A stretch of 64,000 nucleotides of DNA, taken from NCBI GenBank assembly GCA_030265395.1, contig JARFYF010000104.1:41974817-42038816 (forward strand), given 5' to 3'. Below, one piece after another: positions 1 through 14,290 of the stretch. A program made the translations under genes and the position numbers. The notes below the pieces were generated by a model that was not told the origin of the DNA, did not search any database, and was given only the letters and a program-made list of their open reading frames with translations. Numbering within the stretch: position 1 is the first letter of the stretch; the number at the start of each line of letters is the position of its first letter. The DNA is from Rhina ancylostomus (Eukaryota).

Positions 1-741
1 TCTTCATATCCCAAAAACATTTTTGATTCCCTTGTTTTTCCCCCAGATGTTACACAATAGTATAAATTTTCCAGAAAATCCTATGAGTTTAAAAGGAGTG
101 TGGGAACTGGGGCCTTTATCTTAAAGGAAGCATGGAAAACAGAACCTAATGAGTTTAAAAGGAGTGCAGGGAAAGAACTCTTCCAGATGCTGAAGGAATC
201 TGATACCAAATTATTAGTTTTACTGTAAATCCTGCATTTGGGTGAGGAGTCCTAAAATTGTACAGAATACTCTAGGCATTAAGCAAGTCTAATGCTCTTG
301 TAGCAGAGGAATGCAAATAGCCTCAAGTTTGCAGTGGAAAAATGTGCATTGTATGTGGTGTGGTACCTATTACACTTAATGCTTTCTCATATGGTTGCCT
401 TTGTCTTTTGAATCCACACTTTAAGTGGTTGTCTTGGCAGCTTTTTTGCCTTTTAAGGTATATTTGGAAGTTGAAGTGTACTTTGTTGGATAATGTGTTT
501 TTCACATTGCTTGTCCTGAGACTTAAATATTTCAGTGCAAATTCTGGTTCAGCGTCTCTGCCAGCTGACTTAATATTTATCTGGTGAGTACTTTATTTGC
601 ATGTGCCAGGATTGCTTTAGCAGTGAAAAGGAATTGTACTAATTGTTTGGTTACTCTCTGGTTGCAACTTCTGAAGGTTGGTACAGCTGTCAGTTAAATT
701 ACAGATAACATTGTTGAAGTCTATTGCACATTTTTATTCAG

Positions 742-828
742 AATGTTCTTAGAAAAAGGGATCAAGTACAAGCGGAGTACGAGGCAAAACTGGAAACTGC
801 TGCTTACAAGAAAGAAGAGAAGCAAGGC
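742..828 (+). CDS. SNX30: Sorting nexin-30, internal coding exon (BAR domain): NVLRKRDQVQAEYEAKLETAAYKKEEKQG
   Basis: Acceptor tttattcAG at 740-741 and donor GTgagt at 829. 87 nt, phase 0/0. Peptide matches recalled human SNX30 'VLKKRDQVQAEYEAKLE'. Confidence 0.93.
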
Positions 829-3679
829 GTGAGTACAGTTTTGCAATTAAATGAATTTGCAACACAGGACCTTCAGTTCACAGATCAATGTCAGTGCAAT
901 GAGATGGTGAAATGGAAAGCTATTTGTAGAACTATATTTTTATTTCTCTAGTTTGGGTTGAGATTTGTTGAAGCTGCTGCAATGCTGTCAATTACAGGAA
1001 TCTATTCCAAATGTGTCTAGGTTCATTGCCCCAAAATGTTTAAGCGCAGCAACTTTTGCGAGTTTATTCATTGTTCCCAGTATGGTGAAAGCAAACACTG
1101 CTAGTGAGTAGCTGTTTTTCTGATATTGGCATTAGAACTAGAATGGGACATTCAGCCATTTTGAGGTAGTTCTGCCATTCAATAAGATCGCAGCTAATCT
1201 GTATTCCATTTGCCCATTTTGTTCCATTTCGCTTAATTTCTGCCTTAGAACTGTAGCAAATTATTTTGAAAGTTTCCATGATACTGGCCTCCAATCCATT
1301 TTGAGGAGAGTACTTCAAATATGAGCTTCCTGACATTGCTATTGGCTGCCCTGGCTATGAGTGCCCATTAGGGACAAAGATACATTGAACAGATTTAATG
1401 CAGAGTAAAATTCACTTTAGTCTTCTGTCCTTGTACTGTTTGACTTGTACAACAGTGTACAAAGTTAACATCCTTAATGCTAGAAATTGCCTTAAGTGCA
1501 GAAATTCATTGCAATATTTGCATTGCTTCACAGGTTGCACACCATTGACAAGTGTGTGGTTCTTTGAATCAGTTGGTATTGCAGCCTTTCAACTGCTGGT
1601 GAAATTTGACCTTTGGAATGCAGTATGCATCATATTTGCCTTTTCTTGCTGCCTGAAAAGGAAAATTGAGCTAGATAGCCAGGCGTCCTAACTTCTGCTG
1701 TTTTCTCAAGTTTAAAAAAGATTGTATTTTGGACTTGCATTTTAGCTAAAATTAGGAGATTAAGATTGCCATATTACCAAACAAAATATCCCTCTTAAAA
1801 GAAGAATCTTTTTAGAGTGAGCATTACAATGTTTAGCTTTGTAGCAGTCAAAACTTTTCATTATTCTTGGCAAAAGGTGCTTTGCCTTTTAATTTGCTCA
1901 TTCCTTCCAAAACTTCTAAAGTGTTTAAATTTTCCATTTCATAAAAGCTGCCTGTGTCCTAGTTCACTCTTAGTTTTTCTTTGGTCACCGCAGAATTGAT
2001 TTTGTTTTTAAATGAGAGCATCCCAAGACTTGATGTTGAAGATTAATGTGCACTCTTGAGCCTAGTTTTATTTGAGAAGGTGCTTTGTATTTGTATAAGC
2101 ATCTTTTAGGGTGTCAAAGACTTGACAGATAGCAAACTACCTTTGTGGTATAGTCACTGTGGGGTGGAAGCATAACCAAATTGTATAGTGAATTCCCTCA
2201 AAAGATAATGACCTGATCAGCTGTTTTTAATGCTGATTTAAGGTAAATCTGCATTATGCTAATCTTTTGAAATAGGTCTGAGATCTTTGTGCTTTAAAGG
2301 TTTGATATGGTAGTGGAAAGATGACATTTTGACAATGTAGCACTCCCTCTGTACTGCACTAGTTTCTTCCTCTGGTTTTCTGAAGTAGCATCTAAACTTA
2401 TGGGGTGTACATGTCAGTTTGAGGAGGGTCCCCTCATTTGGCTTGGCCAAGGATATATGGGAAAATTCTGAATGCAAATCTGCAAACACATAAGTACCTC
2501 TCAGGGATAGAATTACAACTGATTAGCTGCCCAGTTACTTTGAATCAGGCAACTTGTTTTCCTTGGGTAGTGTTAATTTGAAAGAAGTGCTTAAGTTTGG
2601 AGATCTGAGTTACTGTCTATAGTGGTCGCCAAGGAATGGATAAACATGAGAAGGTTATTTTGGTCAACCATTCACTACTTATGCAGACATTGTCCAAGTT
2701 GTTCTAATATTAGATAAGACAGCAACATGCTTCCTGATGAAGATGCCTATGTTTGGAGGTAAATTATCCAAGAAGTTTTCAATTTCTTGAGCTTTGTGGA
2801 ACATTGCAATAGATGTCTAGTTCAACATTAATGTTTTAATGTTCTTCCTCTAGTTTAACACTTTTTAAAATTTGCAAATCAAAAGCAGTTTCCTTCATGC
2901 ATAACTTGCGAGAACAAGATATCTTACTGCTACTGGACAAGCATTGGGTTTGGGGTGAATTTGGTTGTGCACCATAGAAGCTGATGCATCTTGACGTATA
3001 GTAGTAGGAGTTTGGACTTGAAGTGTGTGTCTGGGGGTTTGGTCAGAGTTGAAGGTTCCACATAATATACTGGCAGGTTCTCTCTTCATTTCCTCACTGT
3101 GCCTTCATTTGGAAAGAAATTAAGTAAATATCTTCAGTTGGTAATATGAGCTCATCAGCATAGTTGTTTGTTTTTTATATTCATAATATAAACCAATAAA
3201 GGTTGTAAATTGGCTAGTTTGGGAGAAATATCCCCATTTGGAAAGGTATTTTTTTTTTGAAAATCAGTTCACAGATGCAAATATCTGGAACGTCATCTGG
3301 GTTTAACTTGAGGTTTCTATGCTGCGAGTGAGTTTTGCAGCACCATGTCCTGTGTTTTCATGTGAAGTCCCAAGGAAAATGCTGACGTCCAGAGAATGCT
3401 TGCTATTAATAAACTGTTGTGCTTCCCTTACATAGTGGCATTGTGGAACTGACTGGTACTGGGTCTGGAGCTAATATCATTACCTCCACCCTCTTCCCAA
3501 ACTCAGAAGAATATAAAACAAGTACACATTGTTTGAATAAAACCTTGATTAGGGAAAAAAGGAATTGTTTATTATTTGTGAGTTCTGCTGGTCCTGTTAA
3601 ATGAGCAACTTATGCAGTAAAACTTTAGTTACTAAATAGTGCTTCAAATTGCCATTCTAGAAGAATCACTCAAAAGTCC

Positions 3680-3975
3680 ATAGAACAGTACAGTACAGGC
3701 CCTTCAGCCCACAATGTTGTGGTGACATTTTATCCTGCTCTAAGATCTATCTAACCCCTCCCTCCCCCATAGCACCCCATTTCTCTGTCATTCATATATC
3801 TAAGAGTCTCTTAAATGTCCCTAATGTATTGCCCCCACAGCCTTGTCTGGCAGTGCGTTCCATGCACCCACTGCTCTCTGTGTAAAGAACTTAGCCCTGA
3901 CAATGCCCCTTGTATCTTCCTCCAATCACCTTAAAATTATGTCCCCTCTTGTTAGCCATTGTTGCCCTGGGAGCC
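3680..3975 (-). mobile_element. CR1-type LINE 3' fragment
   Basis: Reverse of the typical tail (gggctgaagggcctgtactgtactgttcta) and of the RT C-terminal WNALP segment. Confidence 0.75.
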
Positions 3976-5689
3976 CTTTTTGTAATCTATCTTTTTTATC
4001 AGCATTTTTGTTTAGGCATGAAATTGCTCAGCTAAAATACTTAAGGTGGAATAGTGTTAGCATGATTTTACAGTGATGGCNNNNNNNNNNNNNNNNNNNN
4101 NNNNNNNNNNNNNNNNNNNNNNNNNCAGAGCCCAAGATGTACTAGTTGTGCAATTTACAATGACCAATTAAATGACCAATGTCAGTGAGGTTGTGGGGGG
4201 TGGGAGGAGGTAGGTAAGAAAATCAGGAAGGGAGTTAATGGACAGGAGAATAGGTTACAGGGGAAATGGGGATCGATGGGATTCATCTTGGCATTGATAT
4301 TTGATGGGTGAATGACATTGTAAGGGAAATGTGAGAATTCAGTAGTGTTTGTGTGTTAATCTCAATGCAGGTTTGAGTTTTTTGGTAATCTGCGGGGAAA
4401 CCTACTAATCTTGGGTATGTAAATTTCTGCATGCGATGCTAAATGCCCAAGCTTTGTAATGTATCTACCTTCCACGTGCTTGCATTTATTCCATGCTTTG
4501 AGAGCTTCACCAGGAATTCGGTCAAATAGAATTTGACACTGCAGCATAGAAATGTTAGCACAAGTCAACAGACTGAGGTAATCTTTAAGGAGAGCCTGAA
4601 AAAGGGAGAGGCAGAAATTTAGAAGAAATTGGTCTTGTGAACCAGACAGTTGATGGCATGGGCCATAAGAGCAAATTAAATTGGCAACATTCAACAAACT
4701 GGAAAGCATTTGCGTCATTGAAATCCTATTTCCTAAAAAGGCAGGCTTATTTGCCAGCTGACAAGGTAGAAATAATTGTTGTTGAATGAGCTAAACTTTC
4801 CAGTGTAGTGTATCACACCCTTAATGGATTTGTGCTGCAGTTTTCTGCTGGTCTTTCATTTTGACTGTGTTTGTGTATGGACTGATTTGTATATCTTAAC
4901 TGTTTCTTGATATTAGTGTTGAGTGAGATATTTGTTTGTTGGAAGCAGCAATAAAAGTTTGAAACAAAGCCAAGAAATTCTGGTAATACAAGCTGGCACT
5001 GGGATTCTAAATTGCAAGACTGCTTCAATGGATGGAGTCGCATGGAGATAGTGAAATGAAAACCCTTACAAAAGATTCATCACTTTTGATGTGGAAGGTG
5101 CTGAAGTGATCACTGTTATTTATGCTAACACTAGGGGAGAAAGTTCCAGCTGAGACACTCATCCAAGTATTTAATTGGATGTTCTGAAATATGTCATTGT
5201 ATAATGTAGAGCCATGCAGTGTATTCTGTCACCATCAGAAAAGCAATCCTTCAACCACTGCATTGTTACTTCTGGTGTTCTGCTCTGAATTGGGCTCCCC
5301 TGTGTGGCTGGGATTGTCTTAACAGGCTGTTTTCTACATGTCTGGCTGTGGTTTGGAAATGAGATTAAAAGCTGGCTCATTCAGTAGCAAGTCATAAATG
5401 GAGTATCAGGCAAGCCAAGATGGAAAGGAGTCTCTTTAGAAATCACTGGCAACATTTGACAGGGCATTTAAGCTGGTGTACTTGGTCTTCCTAGGAGAAA
5501 TCCACATGAACTTGTGAATGAGCTAATTCTGATGGATGCCCACCACAAGTCACCTTGCAGCCACCTAGGTGTTTTATTGGTTCATTCAGTGCAGGTACAA
5601 AATTTCTGAACTGAAAGTTCTAACAGTATTTTCTATTCAAATGAAACTTGTGGGGAAAATGATAGGGTGTTAGGGGAGAAAATGTGAGT

Positions 5690-5825
5690 TGCTGAAGAAA
5701 TTCAGTGGGTCAGCCAGCATCTCTGGAGGGAAATGGACAGTCCATTTACCTGCAGAGATGCTGCCTGACCAGCCTCCAGCAGGTTGTTTTGCTGCAGATT
5801 CCAGCATCTGCAGTCTCGTATCTCC
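5690..5825. mobile_element. Short palindromic Penelope-derived element
   Basis: Inverted arms cagcatctctg...cagagatgctg plus tail gattccagcatctgcagtctc; same motif set as the terminus at 49200-49305. Confidence 0.7.
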
Positions 5826-5884
5826 AGAGGCTCAAGGGGCACTATGTGAAATATTCACTCTAACCTTCAGTTTAAATTTTATAA

Positions 5885-6148
5885 GATATATCTTTTAGTC
5901 ACATGTACATCAAAACACAGTGAAATGCATCTTTGCTTAGTGTTCTGGGGGCAGCCTGCATGTGTCGCCATGCTTCCGGCGCCAACATAGCATGCCCTCA
6001 ACTTTCTAACCCGTACGTCTTTGGAATGTGGGAGGAAACTGGAGCACCCAAAGAAAACCCGTGCAGATGCATGGAGAACGTACAAACTCCTTACAGACAG
6101 CGGCCAGAATTGAACTCAGTTTGCTGGTGCTATAAAAGCATTATGCAC
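5885..6148 (-). mobile_element. tRNA-derived SINE (V-SINE-like); truncated relative at about 11895-12072
   Basis: Reverse-complement core (tgtgggaggaaactggagcaccc...acgtacaaactccttacagacag). Shares ttagtcacatgta.atc.a.acacagtgaaatgcatcttt with 11907-11945. Confidence 0.75.
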
Positions 6149-6882
6149 AATCTGCCTTTAAAGTAATAAAACAGCTGTTGGGTATGTTATGAAGATGGTG
6201 CTTTTTTTCATTAAAGTGTTAGTCTGGGTTTGTTCAGGTGCAATTTTTAAACTTTTAACCTTCATTTCCAAAGGTCTGATCGACACTTTCTTTGGAGAAC
6301 GTTCAATTATGTTTTCTCATGCCCTTTACCTTCTATTAGACTTAAAATGTGAATCGTTTAATCCTAATGCAATACTAATTAAATATTATGCAGTTCTACA
6401 CAATGTCAACTAGTGTGCTATTTTAATGGTTGGCTCAGGCTTTGTTTTATCTTGCTGTGGCCCTACAAGCTTGCTTAGGGTCCAGCCCTCTGTTGCAACT
6501 TCCCATAAAGCAGAGTGGTCTGTGACTGTTGACTAGTCCTCAGATGGCTGATCTTGTGGCACTGCCTCCAGTCCACCCTGATGGTCATTTTAATAGTGCT
6601 GATCTATAACCTCCCTGTTCAAGTGAAACAGCCCAGGCTGTATATGCCAGCCGTCACTGGAATAAGTGTGAAGTGTATCTGGTCCTTCAGCTGCTAAATG
6701 TGTGCTCTGTTCTGGATTCTGTCCAGTGGGAGGCCAGTTGCAAGTGACCTGCGTTGCTTTCCTTGTGCACTCCACTGGATCATTGGCAAAAAACTGTTTC
6801 TGATCAGCAATCTATGCTTGTGGTTAATTGTCTATTTTTTTAACCAATGTAAAAGACATTAAATATCTTTTCTACTGTAAAG

Positions 6883-7035
6883 ACACCAACAGATGTTGAA
6901 AAGTGCCAGGATCGTGTGGAATGCTTCAATGCTGACCTAAAGGCAGACTGGGATCGGTGGCAGTGTAACAAGAGGCAGGACTTCCGGCATCTGTTAATGG
7001 GAATGGCAGACAAAAATATCCAGTATTATGAGAAG
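6883..7035 (+). CDS. SNX30: Sorting nexin-30, penultimate exon: [51 protein letters not shown]
   Basis: AG at 6881-6882 and GTaaat at 7036. 153 nt, phase 0/0. Near-identical to the recalled SNX30 C-terminal BAR helix '[10 protein letters not shown]...[15 protein letters not shown]'. Confidence 0.95.
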
Positions 7036-7288
7036 GTAAATCTTTGTGTCATGCTGCTTGACTGCCTGTTTCTTCTCTTGACCACCTTTTACACTGTCTG
7101 TGGGTTGTATTTATGCTTCTGTAAAGTCTCAAAAAACCTTTTGTGTTAATGTTGCTTGCACATATTGTTGTCCAAGGAAGTAACTGGCCTGTTTCATTAA
7201 GACAAGTTCCGATTGGAGCACAGATTCATCTTGGCATTAATGGAATTTGATACGAGCTTGTGTTGATGTATGTTTTTGTGTTCTACAG

Positions 7289-7363
7289 TGCCTTGCAGCA
7301 TGGGAGTCCGTTATTCCTCTTCTACAAGAGAAGCCAGATGGTAGAAGTGAGGACCACTCGTAG
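7289..7363 (+). CDS. SNX30: Sorting nexin-30, last coding exon: CLAAWESVIPLLQEKPDGRSEDHS*
   Basis: Pyrimidine tract plus ctacAG at 7287-7288, TAG at 7361-7363. Matches the recalled human end 'CLMAWESIIPLLQEK'. Confidence 0.93.
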   Translation, partial: CLAAWESVIPLLQEKPDGRSEDHS

Positions 7364-9760
7364 CTTGTCGTTCAGCATTGGTCACTGATGGGTTTTCTCT
7401 CCTTCACTTTCCCAGCTCAGTACTGGAATATTGCACTTTGGGGGCAGGAAAGTTGGTTGATGATTCTGTGTGTAGCTCTACATTAATGCCATGTTGTACA
7501 AGGACACAAAACTCTCTGCGGAAGGTGTGCTCTGTTTTTGTCTGCAGTGTTATCTAATTCACTTTGGTCTGCTGAGTATGGTTTATGTCCAGTGCCCCAA
7601 ATAGTGAGGGATATAACGGAGGCCTTTTGCCAGATTAATATTGTGCTGTTTCGTAAACTACTTTTTTAAAAACACAACACGTAAGCATTTTGATGTGTTA
7701 TGGCACCCCATTTAACCAAATGAGTGCACTCTGGTATGGGCTGGTACTTCTGTGGACTTGTAGAGATTTGAGTATATTTGTACATGGGAGAGCCCCAAGG
7801 CTTGATTTAGGGATTGAGGGAGATAGTAAAACCCCTGGATGAATGGAAGAAAATATCTGATATGAGATACTTGAGATTTAAGTTTTGTATTCAGTTATCA
7901 CTACAATAGTAGTCAGCACTTAAGTTTGTAAAATATCATTATTCCCTCATGCATGTTGGACAAATCACAGCAGCAGGATGCTAATTATTTGAGATTCCAT
8001 CACTGTGTGCATGTGAGACATTTAGGAGACCATGAATTGAATATTGACAGCATTCCATTTATTAATATTAGGGTAAACTTATCAATCCTTNNNNNNNNNN
8101 TTCACTTGGGTTATTTGAGGGTATGGTATCTTCTATCCATGATTCATTTTGTACGGTTTTCTAATCCTAGATTTTGTTGTTTTCACATTCTTTGTCATGT
8201 TTGATATTTCCAGATTAATTGACATTTTTACTCTACTATTTTTATTTACAAAATTATCCCTCCTCTTTTCAGGACTAGGGAAAGGCAAGAGAAGATTCAC
8301 TTAAACTTGCCCTCCCCTGCTAATTTAGACCTGCTTGTATGTGATTTGAATGTCTATTGCAGATATTTAAATCTAATGAGGTGTTCCTAGCTATCAGATA
8401 TCCCAGGGAGCAAACAATTGAATGAATTGTAGATATACAAAAGTGCCTTTTGTTGCATGAAATATTTTGTATAAGCTATTCTGAGTTCATCTATCTGATG
8501 ACTAAGCATCCCCAGGTGCTTTGTTTCCATGGTTTCAATGTACTAAACTCCAAAAGTGAGGGGGAAAATTGGCCAAGTTGCATGATTTGCATTTTGCTTT
8601 CTTGCCTTCTCTAATGGAATCACTGTACTTGATTCTTTTCTTTTTTTCTCCTGAAGGCAGTATGTTGAGTTGTTCTCTGAAACAGAATGGGCATTTTTGA
8701 ACTTGCTATTGTGTGTTGCATTAACTACTTTTTTGATAGAAAAATCCTGCTTTTACCTTTTTGGATGTAAATAGTGTTTCATGCTCACTCATTCAGGTGT
8801 CCTGTGTTAGATATTTAAGGACTCCTGATCTGCCATTTTGAAGAATGCGTAAAATACTGCTTTGAAAATCAGGGTATGATTGAAGAAACAGGTTTTCATT
8901 TTTATATTTTCACCCAGGGTAATTTTCCAAAAGGAAAGTTTTTATAGTGTTGCGGCACTTACCTATCCACTCACTCGCACGTGTCCAACTCCTTTATTGT
9001 GAGCAGTTTAATGTGTTAAACTAAAAGCCAAAGTTGCTGGGCACTCCTCTTTTGAGGAGAGCATGTGGTATTTGGATTTGATTGAAATTTACTGGTATAC
9101 TTGAAATCAGAATGTTCCCTGTTAACATTCAGACAGTTGAAAACAAGACAGTTCAAAGCAATACCTTAAAAGTTCATAAATTTGGTTCCCATTTAGTGTT
9201 GAAAAGGGAAAGAGGCCTATTTGAAAAATGATTAAAAATTCTGATTTCAGGGAAGGAAGATTAAGCTTTTTGGTCAGATGAGTAATAGCAAAGTGTACTT
9301 GGTGATCATTTATTTTTGCACACCAGTGAGATGTTTCAATATACACTTAATTTAGCAAAGATTTTAATATTTCTTGGCTTGTAAATGGAACACTTGGCTG
9401 TGCTGTAATTTATTACTATTCATATGCAATGNNNNNNNNNNNNNNNNNNNNNNNNNNNNNNNNNNNNNNNNNNNNNNNNNNNNNNNNNNNNNNNNNNNNN
9501 NNNNNNNNNNNNNNNNNNNNNNNNNNNNNNNNNNNNNNNNNNNNNNNNNNNNNNNNNNNNNNNNNNNNNNNNNNNNNNNNNNNNNNNNNNNNNNNNNNNN
9601 NNNNNNNNNNNNNNNNNNNNNNNNNNNNNNNNNNNNNNNNNNNNNNNNNNNNNNNNNNNNNNNNNNNNNNNNNNNNNNNNNNNNNNNNNNNNNNNNNNNN
9701 NNNNNNNNNNNNNNNNNNNNNNNNNNNNNNNNNNNNNNNNNNNNNNNNNNNNNNNNNNNC

Positions 9761-9884
9761 CAATATCCAGTACTATTCCACATCTAGTACTATTGCTTCA
9801 TTCTGTACTATTGCCCACATCCAGTACTATTGCCTCATTCAGTACCATTGTCACATCCAGTACAATTGCCACATCCAGTACAGA
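9761..9884. repeat. Minisatellite, about 18-bp unit cacatccagtactattgc, about 7 visible copies abutting a 329-N gap
   Basis: Tandem copies read directly. Confidence 0.85.
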
Positions 9885-10887
9885 GTGACATTCAATGACC
9901 TATAGTGATGCAGGCATTTCCATTGTCTAAAATAACAATGACATGGATTAATGAAATGCTCGTACCTTTTCACCATTTACTAATTAGAGCCAATATGCTG
10001 ACCCCCTTCAGGAAATGGTTATGTCTTGCTTAGTTAAAATGCAACTCCATTCAAGGATCCTTACAAAATTGTGGATCATTACAGTTTTACAACAAGGTAC
10101 TAGTTACTAGAAATGAGACATTGAATGTTTAGTTACATTGTGTCTGTATCAAAGCTGCTGGTGGATCTTGGAGTAATTAAAGTCATTGTAATCCTCAAAT
10201 GGTATTTGAGGTTAAGTGGTTTTGTTTACTGTGAACCTTGAAGCATGAAACTTTTGAAATAAACCATATGAAGGAGTTAATAGTTAGTAAAATGAGTGTG
10301 GACTATTTAATTTGTTACATCTTTCCCCAGCAAAAGTTTGGTGCTACTGTCAACATTTATCGTAATCTAACTTGTACCTGTGGATTTTTTTGAACACTAT
10401 TGAATAAACTTTTGGGTCAAATATTTGTCTTCAAATGGTGTGTTATTGTTATGCAAGAATGAGAAAGTAAATTTCTGGTGTGCACCCACTCATTCTGTCA
10501 ATCCCTTCTAAAGTTGTACAGCATTTAAAGGGACGAATCTCCAAGCATTCCAAAAATGGCCCGCCCACTCAGCAGGAAATGCTGTTTCACTAAATGAATA
10601 GGGCTTTCCAAAATATTACATAATTTATGACAACAAATTTTATTTTTGGGTAGCTAAGTCTTGTGTGTTTGGCAAAGTATCTATTTAAGCAGTGGACAAC
10701 AAGTCAGTTTCTTGCTGTCTGGCAGATACAATTGTGATTTTTGGGTAATGTTTAGCACTATCTAGCGCCTCATCAGTATAGTTGTACTGCACTTGTGAAA
10801 TATTAAAGCTATCTTATCCTCCATTTAAAAATGTGATGAATGAGAGTATTGAAGAGTGTAGAAGAGTAGCAGTAACACCAAGTAGTC

Positions 10888-11062
10888 AAGAGCAACAAAC
10901 AATCTGCTGGAGGAACTTAGTGGGTCATGCAGCATCTGTGGGAGGAAAGGAATTGTTGACATTTTGGGTTGAAACCATGCAAATATCGGTTCCTTTCTTC
11001 CTACGGATGCTGTATGACCCTCTGAGTTCCTCCAGATTCCAGCATCTGCAGTCTCATGTCTG
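10888..11062. mobile_element. Short palindromic Penelope-derived element
   Basis: ctggaggaacttagtgggtcatgcagcatctgtgggaggaaagg ... cctttcttcctacggatgctgtatgaccctctgagttcctccag inverted arms. Confidence 0.75.
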
Positions 11063-12599
11063 TATTCAGCTATCAATATAATCTAAAAACTTGTGAAAGT
11101 CCAAGCATTTTTTTGTTTTGGAGCTTTGGTAAGAACCAGCCATACCTCCGCAGTGGATAAGGTGGTGGATGCCTAGATGTGAAGTCAGTTCCCTAACATG
11201 TTTTTCCTAAATTCTGGTGTATTTAAGTTCCAATAAAACTTGCTTTGATTACTAGAACCAATCTTTCTTTAAACTTGGAAGTTCCAAAAGTAGTTGTTGT
11301 ATATTTTGCTTGTTAACCTGGAATCCAGCAAATGTGAGGACGTTGAGTTGACCAGAGGAATGGAATTGAGACTATTTTAAGAGGCACAAACTAAGTAAAA
11401 CTACTTTGGAGGAACCAAATATCGCCATTTTGATATTGAAGTTTAAGGCATATTTGGTTTAGTGCAAGGTATCTGACTTTATCCCATTCTAAGTTTTCAA
11501 GCAGAATTTTGTCAAACTGGAAAAATTCTGGTTGCATCCTTTCTATTTTGTGCAGGTACGTTGCTATCAAAGTTCAACAGAGCTGGTCAAATTATAGTAG
11601 ATTTTTTTGAAAGATGTCTCAAATAGTTAATTGTTCATTCACAAATAGATCCTGGACTTTGAACTTCCACGTTGTTAAGCAGGAAAGACTTGTGTTTCTA
11701 TGGCAGCATTCATAACTTTGTGACCCAAAGAGCTTTGCAGATAATGAAATGCTTGTGCAGTGTAGACAATGCAGCATAACCAGCTTCTACTGATACAGTG
11801 CTGTTAAACAGATCATCGATTCTTAGTAAATTTGATGGAGGAATACTTTCTACCTGGGCCAGAAAACCAAAGATGACTCCCAATACTACTTTGAAATACC
11901 TTTTATTAGTCACATGTAAATCGAGACACAGTGAAATGCATCTTTTGTGTAAAGTGTTCAGGGGGCAGCACATACGTGTTAAGAAGTTGTGGGCATGCTA
12001 TGTTGGCTTCTGGCACCAATATAGCATGCCCGCATGTATGTCTTTTGAATGTGGGAGGAAACCAGAGCACCTGAAGGGAAGGGTATCAATTTGATAACTT
12101 AGCTGAAAGTAAAGCCCATTAACCTAGACTGCACTAACCTAAATCAGTCGTCCCCAGCTTTAAATTGCATTGTTTGCATTTGTAAACTGTGGGCTACTGC
12201 TTGAGGCTGACCTTGAGAATGCAGGCAGAAATGCTAGGGGTAACTAATGTGCCAAGCTTTTATGAACTTCTAAAACCTTATGGATTTGGGAAATATTTTG
12301 GTTGCTGAGTGTGCCCAACTTACCGAGACTGGTGGGGGAACTGGCCTAGATGTTTTTTTTTTGTGTTCAAGTCTCCAGAATGGTGCCTGACACTGCATGG
12401 GTATTGTCAACTAAACCATAATAGTGGAATTTTGTAACATCCTTAACGTGGAATTGTTCATGTAAATATGCATCCCCACTTTTCAACCCTGGTGTTGTTA
12501 TGATTTTGTTAAAGCCAGCAAGATAGATTAAGGAAGCTTGTGGATACAGTATTATCAAAGTGCATTTTTTATGTTTGCATATAAAGTCAGTGTGCATGG

Positions 12600-13050
12600 T
12601 GATAAGTCAGTTGATGTTTGACAACATGAACAAAGGACATGAATAAATGGGTAATTTTCAAAATTACAATTAGTAGGATGCCTTGCGGATTAGTGCCAAG
12701 GACTCTTTTTAAAAACTCGAGCAGTGTAAACTTAATACAAAGATAGGTAGGTAAGTTGAAGGTGGAGTGCAAAGCTATTAACCGAGTCATTAAAATAATG
12801 GGAGATGAATGCAATGTGGAGAAATGAGATCTTCGACTTTGGCAGAATAGAAAAGCAACATTTAATTGAAATAGCGTGAGACAAAATTAGCATGCAGGTA
12901 CATCAATTTAAGAAGGCAAATTAAATGTTGATCTTTTATTGCAAGGAGCCCACAGAATACAACTAAGTTTAGCTATAATTGTACAAGGCTTTGCAGTCTT
13001 ATCAAGAGCACTGCATATAGTTTTGGTCTGCTTATTTAAGGGAGGACAAC
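12600..13050 (+). mobile_element. Degenerate CR1-type LINE RT fragment
   Basis: Decayed motifs (caatgtggagaaatg, gagcactgcatatagttttggtctgcttatttaaggga). A further 3' piece lies at about 13560-13870. Confidence 0.55.
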
Positions 13051-14290
13051 AATCTATTTTCTAATGTTTGGAAATCTTGATGTTTCAGCATCTGGTTCAC
13101 TCATTAACACTAAGTTCATGTTACTTGNNNNNNNNNNNNNNNNNTGTACTAGCAAGGTCAGCTGTGTATAATTGGAAGTGTAGGCCAGGTGTGAAGTTGG
13201 GATCAGGAGTACTGGAGGTGTAGAGGGCCTGGAGTAGTTGAAGCTTGCAACCAGAAATTTGCTGAGTTTTTCCTGTGATCCTGTTTAAACTCACTAGAGC
13301 AGTTTCCCACTCACTGGAATTGTTAAACTACTGTATAACGTGTTTTTCAGGAAAAAAAGTGAAACAAAAATGTGAATAACAACCAATTGTCTAGAAATGT
13401 GCTAATCTGGTACCACTAACATCCCCAGGAAGATGGTTATTGGAATTTTCCTCCATTTAGTCTGGAGATGATGCAGTGAAAATTCAATAAATGAGGAGGG
13501 TTATTTTTGAGGAGAGATTAAGCAGAAGGGCCTGAATCTCTGGAACTTGGGTAAATAACACATCTCATTTGAAAAAACAAAATTGAGTTACCAAAAGGGT
13601 CAATGCTGGAGCAGTTGAACGGGCTGGGGGGTGTAGAGAAAGATGTAGTCTCAGGATTAGGAGAAGTTTCTTCAATTTGTTTAGGAATTCGTGACCTTTC
13701 TAGAGGGTTGTGGATACTATAATCACTGAACATTTTCAAGTTGATTTAAAATGTAAGAGTTCTAGTCTATGGAAATCTGAGTTCAGCTAAAGCCAAAGAT
13801 CAATCTGCCAGGATCCTGTTGAATGGTCCAATGGACCAATCAGGTTGCTCCTTTTTCTTATTTCTTTTGAGTTGCTACTGGCTGATAGCGATCTTCTTCA
13901 CTTGTGCTTGCTTAATGCAGACTCAGTTTGGCTGCTCTCAGCACAAAGCAGCAGTATATTAGTCGAGGAAAAATTTAGCTGAAATAATTAAAGGAAACAT
14001 TGAAGATTTGGCAAAACCTTTTGCAGTGACCAGTAAAAATTAATTTGATTTCTAAAGTAGGCTTTATTTCCACTGAGGAGGTAATGATTATAGAAGAACA
14101 CTTTCTATATCTGCAAACATCCAATACAATATTATGCTTTTGGAAATTTTTCTAAATGTTTCTTTTTAAAATTGGCAATTCAAAGTTGCAAAATACTGCC
14201 ACCTTTTTGTAATTGGTAATTTTAGTTTTAATGTAAATTTGAAACCTATGCAGATCATTCACTCTTGATGTGTGGCTGTGGTGCATTTTC

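Noticed and set aside
2728-2778. Isolated CTGATGA resembling a hammerhead core
   Set aside because: No GAAA box in register and no recognisable element context.
9761-9884. CRISPR-like periodicity
   Set aside because: Contiguous tandem units with no unique spacers and no cas genes, in vertebrate DNA.
9364-9905. ORFs full of X residues here and at the other gaps
   Set aside because: Artefacts of translating N runs.
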